Shown: piece by piece, positions 14,675-20,000 of the stretch
Position numbering within the stretch: position 1 is the stretch's first letter
Layout of the letters: each line of letters begins with the position of its first letter
Assembly (NCBI GenBank): GCA_040878325.1
Contig: JBBDMM010000010.1
Span: 247,975 to 267,974 of the forward strand
DNA length: 20,000 nucleotides
Origin: Acidimicrobiia bacterium
GTDB taxonomy: Bacteria; Actinomycetota; Acidimicrobiia; Spongiisociales; UBA11373
Reading direction: 5' to 3'
The notes under the pieces: model-generated
Databases searched by the model: none
What the model was told of the DNA's origin: nothing
Seen by the model: only the letters and a program-made list of their open reading frames with translations
Made by a program: the position numbers and the translations under genes

Positions 14675-16023
14675 GGAGGAGAGCAGGCGTCGTTACGGCG
14701 CTGCTGCTGGCGCTGATCGCAGTGCCGGGGGTGGCATCCGCCCACGGGATCGGCGGCCGCAGCGACCTGCCGGTTCCGCTGGAGTACTTCCTCGTCGGCG
14801 CCGCGGTGGTGGTGCTGCTGTCGTTTGGCGCCCTGGCGGTGCTGTGGCCGGCCCCCAGACTGCAGGATGGTCCCCGACCACGGGGCCGCGGCTTTCTGGT
14901 TCCGAGATGGCTGGCGTTCGCGGGGGCCGGGCTCGGGGTCTCCGGTCTGGCGCTGATCGTCACGGCCGGGCTCTTCGGCGACGAATCGGCCCGGAGCAAC
15001 ATTGCTCCCGTCGGGGTGTGGGTGGTGCTGTGGCTGGTTCTCCCGTTTCTTGCCGCCGGTCTCGGCAACATCTGGGCCGTGCTGAACCCCTGGCGGGCTC
15101 TCGGGCGGATGGCCCGCCTCGACGGACCACCCGGTCCCGGCCGGTGGGGGGTGTGGCCGGCGACCGTGGCCTTCATCGCGATCGTGTGGCTCGAACTGGT
15201 CTACCCACGGTCGGGCGACCCCGGAGCGCTCGGCCTGGCGGCGGCGTTCTACACCGTCGTCATCCTGGGGCTGGCGGTCCGGGTGGGAATCGACCGGGCG
15301 GTCACTTCCACCGAGGCGTTCACCGTCTACCACCGGCTCATCAGTGCGATCGCCCCGTTCGGCCGTCGGGCCGATGGCCGGATCGGAAGACGGGGCTGGC
15401 TCCGGGCGCTTCCGGTGCTGCCCGCGTGGCCGGGGCTAGTCGCGTTCGTCGCCGCCATGATCGGCACCGTCACCTATGACGGCCTCTCCGGCACGCCATG
15501 GTGGGACGACTTGTCGTTCGCGCTCGTCGGCACTGCCCAGCACTCGATGTGGTTCCAGACCTTGGCGCTGCTCGTGGTCGTCGGTGTCATCGGCGGGGCC
15601 TATCTCGCTGCTTCGTGGTGGGCCAGCCGGATCGCGAGGGCGATGGGGGCGGTCGCGGTCGCCCGGTCCTTTGCCCACACCCTCGTGCCGATCGCGCTCG
15701 CGTATGCGTTCGCCCACTACTTCACGCTCATCGCCTTCGAAGGCCAACTGCTGATCCCCGCGATGAGCGACCCACTCGGCCTCGGCTGGAACCTGTTCGG
15801 GACCCTCGACTACCAACCCAACTACACCTGGATCTCCCCGGTGGTGGTGTGGTGGATCCAGCTGGCCGCCATCGTCGGGGGGCACGTCGTCGGGGTGGTG
15901 CTGGCCCATGACCGTGCCCTGGCGGTGTTCGCCGGCCCCAGGGCGGTCCGCACTCAGTACGCGATGCTGACCCTGATGGTCGCGCTCACCGCCCTCGGCC
16001 TCACCGTGCTGGCAGCCGGGTGA
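14671..16023 (+). CDS. Polytopic membrane protein with signal peptide and mature N-terminal His (family often loosely annotated 'fenitrothion hydrolase'; function unknown)
   Basis: 'ASA|HGIGGRSDLPVP', about 10 TM helices, 'NPW', 'LVPIA.AY.FAHY', 'SDPLG.GWNLFG', 'IVGGHVVGVVLAHD'. GTGA overlap with the lipoprotein gene. Confidence 0.75.
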   Translation: MRRRAGVVTALLLALIAVPGVASAHGIGGRSDLPVPLEYFLVGAAVVVLLSFGALAVLWPAPRLQDGPRPRGRGFLVPRWLAFAGAGLGVSGLALIVTAGLFGDESARSNIAPVGVWVVLWLVLPFLAAGLGNIWAVLNPWRALGRMARLDGPPGPGRWGVWPATVAFIAIVWLELVYPRSGDPGALGLAAAFYTVVILGLAVRVGIDRAVTSTEAFTVYHRLISAIAPFGRRADGRIGRRGWLRALPVLPAWPGLVAFVAAMIGTVTYDGLSGTPWWDDLSFALVGTAQHSMWFQTLALLVVVGVIGGAYLAASWWASRIARAMGAVAVARSFAHTLVPIALAYAFAHYFTLIAFEGQLLIPAMSDPLGLGWNLFGTLDYQPNYTWISPVVVWWIQLAAIVGGHVVGVVLAHDRALAVFAGPRAVRTQYAMLTLMVALTALGLTVLAAG

Positions 16024-16047
16024 AGCCCTACCGGTAGGCTGGCCCTC

Positions 16048-17046
16048 GTGGCGCTCATCGAGGTCGACCGTCTCGTCAAGGTCTATCCGGGAGGAGTCAC
16101 TGCCGTCGATGGCATCTCGTTCTCCGTCGGCGAAGGCGAGATCTTCGGCTTCCTCGGCCCCAACGGCGCGGGGAAGACGACGACCATTCGAGTGATCGTG
16201 ACGCTGCTCGGGCCGACTTCGGGCACGGTCACGGTGCGCGGCGTCGATGTCGTCGCGAATCCGGAGATGGTGCGGCGTCAGATCGGGTACGCCGCCCAGT
16301 TCATCGGGGTCGATGACGATCTGACCGCCTGGGAGAACCTCACCATGCAGGCGCGTCTCCATGGTCTCGATCGGGCCGAAGCCGAACGGCGCAGCGGCGA
16401 ACTCCTCGAGGTGCTGGAGCTCTCCGGCGTCGCCGGGCGGCGAGCGGGCACTTTCAGTGGCGGCATGCGACGGCGGCTCGACCTCGGCCAGGCGTTGGTC
16501 CATGGCCCGCGGGTACTGTTCCTCGACGAGCCCACCACCGGCCTCGACCCGCAGACCCGGCGAGCATTGTGGGAGTACCTGCGCGAGTTGAACGGTGGCG
16601 GGGTGACGATCTTTCTGACCACCCAGTACCTCGAGGAGGCGGATGCGCTCGCATCCCGCCTCGCCATCATCGACCAGGGAGTGATCGCAGTCGAAGGAAC
16701 GCCATCAGCGCTCAAGCGGGCGTTGGGAGGCGACGCGATCACAGTGACCCTGACGGATGATTCGACACCAGCGGGTATCGACCAGGCGGCAGACGTGCTC
16801 CAGCGGTTCTCGGATGCCGGCAACGCCGCCCGCTACGACCGTTCCATCAAGATCTTCACCAGCGCCGCGTCGAGCCGGCTGGCCGAGGTGGTGAGGGCGC
16901 TGGATGCAGCCTCGATCAAGGTGGCGCGACTGGAACTGTCGGAGCCCACGATGGACGACGTCTTCCTCCGCCACACCGGGAGCAGGATGCGGGTGGAGGA
17001 GTCGAAGCCCCCGAGCCGGTTGCGAATGGTGGGGCGGCGCCGATGA
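16048..17046 (+). CDS. DrrA-like ABC exporter ATP-binding protein
   Basis: GPNGAGKTT, FSGGMRRRLD, LFLDEPTTGLDP, TTQYLEEAD, and C-terminal 'EPTMDDVFL..TG'. Confidence 0.95.
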   Translation: MALIEVDRLVKVYPGGVTAVDGISFSVGEGEIFGFLGPNGAGKTTTIRVIVTLLGPTSGTVTVRGVDVVANPEMVRRQIGYAAQFIGVDDDLTAWENLTMQARLHGLDRAEAERRSGELLEVLELSGVAGRRAGTFSGGMRRRLDLGQALVHGPRVLFLDEPTTGLDPQTRRALWEYLRELNGGGVTIFLTTQYLEEADALASRLAIIDQGVIAVEGTPSALKRALGGDAITVTLTDDSTPAGIDQAADVLQRFSDAGNAARYDRSIKIFTSAASSRLAEVVRALDAASIKVARLELSEPTMDDVFLRHTGSRMRVEESKPPSRLRMVGRRR

Positions 17047-17813
17047 GGAGGAGCATCCGGGAGTCCGCCATCCTCTGGGCCCGCCAGATGAAGAAGCTGG
17101 TGCGGATTCCGCTGCTGCTGTTCTTTGCGCTCGCTCAGCCGTTGATCTTTCTGATCCTGTTCAGTCAGGTGTTCGGCAATCTCGATCGGCTGCCGGGCTT
17201 CGCCTACGACTCGTATCTGCAGTTCCTGGTGCCGAGCATCGTCGCCCTCACCGCGCTTAATTCGGCGTTTCAGTCGGGAATCGGCATGGTCGGCGACATC
17301 GAAGACGGCATGCTCGACAAGTTCCTGATCGCCCCGATCAAGCGGTCGAGCATCCTGCTGGGCAAGGTATTCGCCGATGCCACTCGCGCCGCGGCTCAGG
17401 CGACCGTGATCGTGCTGGTCTCACTGCTGATGGGGGCGCGTTTCGCCACCGGAATCGGCGGAGTCGCCGCGATGGTGGTGCTGGCCGCCCTGTTCGGCAT
17501 CGCCTGGGCGGGGCTGTCCAACATCATCGCCCTTCGCACCCGCAACGGTGAGCTGACGATGATCGTCGGTATCCTCATCACTTTCCCGGTGTTGTTCCTG
17601 TCCACCGCCTTCATGCCGGCGATCCTGTTGCCCGACTGGCTCGACACCGTGTCTGCCTTCAATCCGATCACATACATCGTCGAGGCATTGCGGGCCTTGG
17701 TGAACACGGGGTGGGATTGGGGCGCCATTGGCGAAGCCCTGGCGGTCACTGGAGGATTGGCGGTGGTGACCTTCACGGGTGCGACCATGGCCTTTCGCAA
17801 GGCGATCGGCTGA
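17043..17813 (+). CDS. DrrB-like ABC-2 permease
   Basis: 'QPLIFLILF', 'YLQFLVP', 'D.EDG.LDKFL.API.R..ILLGK', 'FLSTAFMP..LLP.WL....FNP.TY'. Confidence 0.93.
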   Translation: MRRSIRESAILWARQMKKLVRIPLLLFFALAQPLIFLILFSQVFGNLDRLPGFAYDSYLQFLVPSIVALTALNSAFQSGIGMVGDIEDGMLDKFLIAPIKRSSILLGKVFADATRAAAQATVIVLVSLLMGARFATGIGGVAAMVVLAALFGIAWAGLSNIIALRTRNGELTMIVGILITFPVLFLSTAFMPAILLPDWLDTVSAFNPITYIVEALRALVNTGWDWGAIGEALAVTGGLAVVTFTGATMAFRKAIG

Positions 17814-17848
17814 GCCCGCCCGTCCTCGGCAGACCTAGCCTCTCGGTC

Positions 17849-18592
17849 GTGCGTCTCTCGGTACTCGGTTCGAACGGCACCTATCCCACCGCGGGGCGCC
17901 CTGCGTCCGGATACCTGATCACTGCGGCCGGAACCACGTTGGCCCTCGACCTTGGTCACGGGGTCTTCATGGCCCTGGTCGAGAAGACCGCGAGGCCCGA
18001 CGCCGTCGTGCTCAGCCATGGGCATCCCGACCACTGTGCCGACCTGTTCGCCCTCTTCAATTCCCTGCGGTTCGGTGATCCGTCGGGATGGGGCGTTCCG
18101 GTGTGGGCACCGCCCGGGCTTGCCGAACGATTCGCTGGCTTCCTCGGCGTGGGACGGGATCACCCGCTGTTCTCGGTCTTCGCCTTCGAGGCCGTCAGGC
18201 CCGGTGACCGTCGCCGGGTCGGGTCGATCGAGGTGGAGTTCGGGGCCGCGGTGCATTCGGCTCCCGCGCTGGTGACCGCCGTCGTCGCCGACGGAAGGCG
18301 TCTGGTCTACAGCGGTGACACCGGCCCCGGAGGCGACCTCGAGCGCCTGGCGGAGGGGTGCGACCTTCTGCTCGTCGAGGCTTCGATGCAGGGCGAGCCG
18401 GGAACCGGGCGTTACCCCTTTCACCTGTTTGCGTCCGAGGCCGGCGAGGTGGCGACGCGGGCCGCGGTCCGCCGCCTGATCGTGACGCACCTCGCCCCTA
18501 CGCTGGATCCCCAGGTGTCGGTTCGAGAAGCCGCCGCCCGGTTCGACGGACCGGTGGACCATGCGGTCCCGGGGATGGAGGTGGAGCTTTGA
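17849..18592 (+). CDS. Metallo-beta-lactamase-fold hydrolase (RNase Z-like / Rv1339-AtaC-type phosphodiesterase)
   Basis: '[11 protein letters not shown]....ASGYL', 'LDLG.G', HxHxDH (SHGHPDH), 'YSGDTG', 'FHL', 'LIVTHL'. It lies directly upstream of rph as in Actinobacteria. Confidence 0.9.
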   Translation: MRLSVLGSNGTYPTAGRPASGYLITAAGTTLALDLGHGVFMALVEKTARPDAVVLSHGHPDHCADLFALFNSLRFGDPSGWGVPVWAPPGLAERFAGFLGVGRDHPLFSVFAFEAVRPGDRRRVGSIEVEFGAAVHSAPALVTAVVADGRRLVYSGDTGPGGDLERLAEGCDLLLVEASMQGEPGTGRYPFHLFASEAGEVATRAAVRRLIVTHLAPTLDPQVSVREAAARFDGPVDHAVPGMEVEL

Positions 18593-19290
18593 CCGATCGG
18601 AAGCCCGACGAGTTGCGCCCGGTGCGCTTGACGCGCGGTTACACCGAGATGACTCCGGGTTCAGTGCTGGTGGAAATGGGCCGCACCAGGGTCCTGTGCA
18701 CCGCATCCTTCGACACCGACGTCCCGCCGTGGATGCGGCACCAGGGCAAGGGCTGGATGACCGCCGAGTATTCGATGCTTCCCGGATCCACTCCAGAACG
18801 GGTCCCCCGGTCTTCGCTGAGCGGGGGCCGGACGAAAGAGATTCAGCGACTGATCGGGCGTTCGCTCCGGGCGGTGGTCGACCTCTCGAGGATGGGCGAA
18901 GCCGTCATTCGGGTCGACTGTGACGTGCTTCAGGCTGACGGTGGCACCCGCACCGCATCCATCACCGGAGCCTGGGTCGCCGTCAAGGACGCAGTGGCCG
19001 CCGGCCTGGCTGCCGGGGTGCTCATCGCCGATCCGGTCATCGACCATTGCGCGGCGATCAGTGTGGGGGTGGTCGACGGTGTTCCCATACTCGACCTCGA
19101 CTATGAATTGGACGTCGCGGCCGACGTCGACATGAACGTGGTGATGACTGGCAGCGGCGGGATCATCGAGATCCAGGGAACCGCCGAGCGGTCGCCCTTC
19201 GACCGGCCGAAACTCGACCGTCTCCTCGACCTGGCCGCCGGAGGCATCGAACAGCTCCTGGCAGCCCAACGCCTCGCCCTGGCGCCGTGA
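18589..19290 (+). CDS. rph: Ribonuclease PH
   Basis: 'R..DELRPV', '[16 protein letters not shown]', '[11 protein letters not shown]', '[15 protein letters not shown]', '[19 protein letters not shown]', 'EIQGTAE'. TTG 18589 has a GGAGG RBS and overlaps the MBL stop. Confidence 0.97.
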   Translation: MTDRKPDELRPVRLTRGYTEMTPGSVLVEMGRTRVLCTASFDTDVPPWMRHQGKGWMTAEYSMLPGSTPERVPRSSLSGGRTKEIQRLIGRSLRAVVDLSRMGEAVIRVDCDVLQADGGTRTASITGAWVAVKDAVAAGLAAGVLIADPVIDHCAAISVGVVDGVPILDLDYELDVAADVDMNVVMTGSGGIIEIQGTAERSPFDRPKLDRLLDLAAGGIEQLLAAQRLALAP

Positions 19291-19880
19291 TCAGGCGCGT
19301 CGTCGTCGCCACCAAGAACCCTCACAAGGCAGCCGAGGTCGCCGCGGTGTTGGCGCGGGTGCTCCCCGGTCTCGGGCTGGTGGATGGCCTCGAGTGGCCC
19401 GACGTCGACGAGACCGGCGCGACGCTCGAAGAGAACGCCATCCTCAAGGCTCGGGCGGTGGCGCGAGCGACCGGACACGACGCCATTGCCGACGACACCG
19501 GACTCGAGGTCGACGCCCTCGGGGGCGCGCCCGGCGTCCGCTCCTCGCGCTACGCCGGCGAGAGCGCTTCGTACGCGGAGAACCGGGCTGCGCTCCTCGA
19601 TGCGATGAGAGGGCGTTCGGATCGCCAGGCCCGCTTTCGTACCGTGGTCGCACTGGTGACCGCCGGGGGAGAGACCATCACCGCTTCGGGGACGCTGGAG
19701 GGCCGGATCACCGAAGCACCCCGCGGCGAGGGCGGCTTCGGCTACGACCCTGTCTTCGAGGTCGACCGCCGCACGCTGGCAGAGTTGGGCGAGGCGGAGA
19801 AGAACCAGATGAGCCATCGCGCCCGAGCGCTGGAGGCGCTGGCCGGGATCCTTGTGGAGCGGGGGTGGTCGAGCGACTGA
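19287..19880 (+). CDS. rdgB: RdgB/HAM1 non-canonical purine NTP (dITP/XTP) pyrophosphatase
   Basis: 'VATKNPHK', 'ETG.T..ENAILKA', 'ADDTGL.VDAL.GAPGV.S.RYAG', 'GFGYDPVF', 'EKN..SHR'. Confidence 0.97.
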   Translation: MIRRVVVATKNPHKAAEVAAVLARVLPGLGLVDGLEWPDVDETGATLEENAILKARAVARATGHDAIADDTGLEVDALGGAPGVRSSRYAGESASYAENRAALLDAMRGRSDRQARFRTVVALVTAGGETITASGTLEGRITEAPRGEGGFGYDPVFEVDRRTLAELGEAEKNQMSHRARALEALAGILVERGWSSD

Positions 19881-19901
19881 TATTGGGATCCAGGGTGCCC
19901 G

Positions 19902-20000
19902 ATTTGGTGGAGGAGGGCCGACCGGCGTCTGTTCGGCCCGAGAACCGGTACGGCCGCCATGGGGTTGGGGCCCCATTTGGTGGAGGAGGGCCGACCGGCG
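19902..20000. repeat. Direct repeat of at least 26 nt (ATTTGGTGGAGGAGGGCCGACCGGCG) with 73-bp period, truncated by the window end
   Basis: Exact 26/26 match between 19902-19927 and 19975-20000. The second copy runs off the window. Confidence 0.9.

Noticed and set aside
19905..19974. tRNA-Ala-like reading of the terminal repeat unit on the minus strand (starts GGGGC, ends CTCCACCA)
   Set aside because: Only four acceptor pairs form, and there is no GTTCRA T-loop, D-arm or anticodon arm. It is not callable as a tRNA or as an att duplicate of ssrA.
19902..20000. Formal CRISPR array call
   Set aside because: Only two copies are visible (one truncated), with no cas genes and no leader. It is kept as an unclassified repeat and reported as a finding.

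Overview
High-GC, gene-dense bacterial chromosome segment. It is most consistent with an actinobacterium, possibly Acidimicrobiia; this is inferred from the ftsX-smpB-ssrA and MBL-rph-rdgB synteny, the Thr-rich 'C-G/S-DD-TTTT' lipoproteins and many apparently leaderless genes. Core genes are ftsX (5' partial), smpB, tmRNA (ssrA), a rhodanese-less thiI, an MBL-fold nuclease/PDE, rph and rdgB. Accessory genes are two ABC-2 exporters, AzlC/AzlD, a cupredoxin lipoprotein, a COG4315 lipoprotein, a DUF885 + BNR beta-propeller + MoaD/ThiS operon, DUF983, an orphan PilT ATPase and a His-rich lipoprotein + membrane protein pair. No integrase, transposase, cas or phage gene is visible. The main unexplained signals are: (i) a hairpin + (GATTGGC)n intergenic repeat family placed just after stop codons; (ii) a 73-bp-period structured direct repeat beginning at the very end of the window; (iii) a probable gene remnant bracketed by related hairpins next to tmRNA; (iv) the DUF885/propeller/ubiquitin-like operon, whose Ubl has a masked GG end. 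All product calls come from motif recognition by eye, with no database search.
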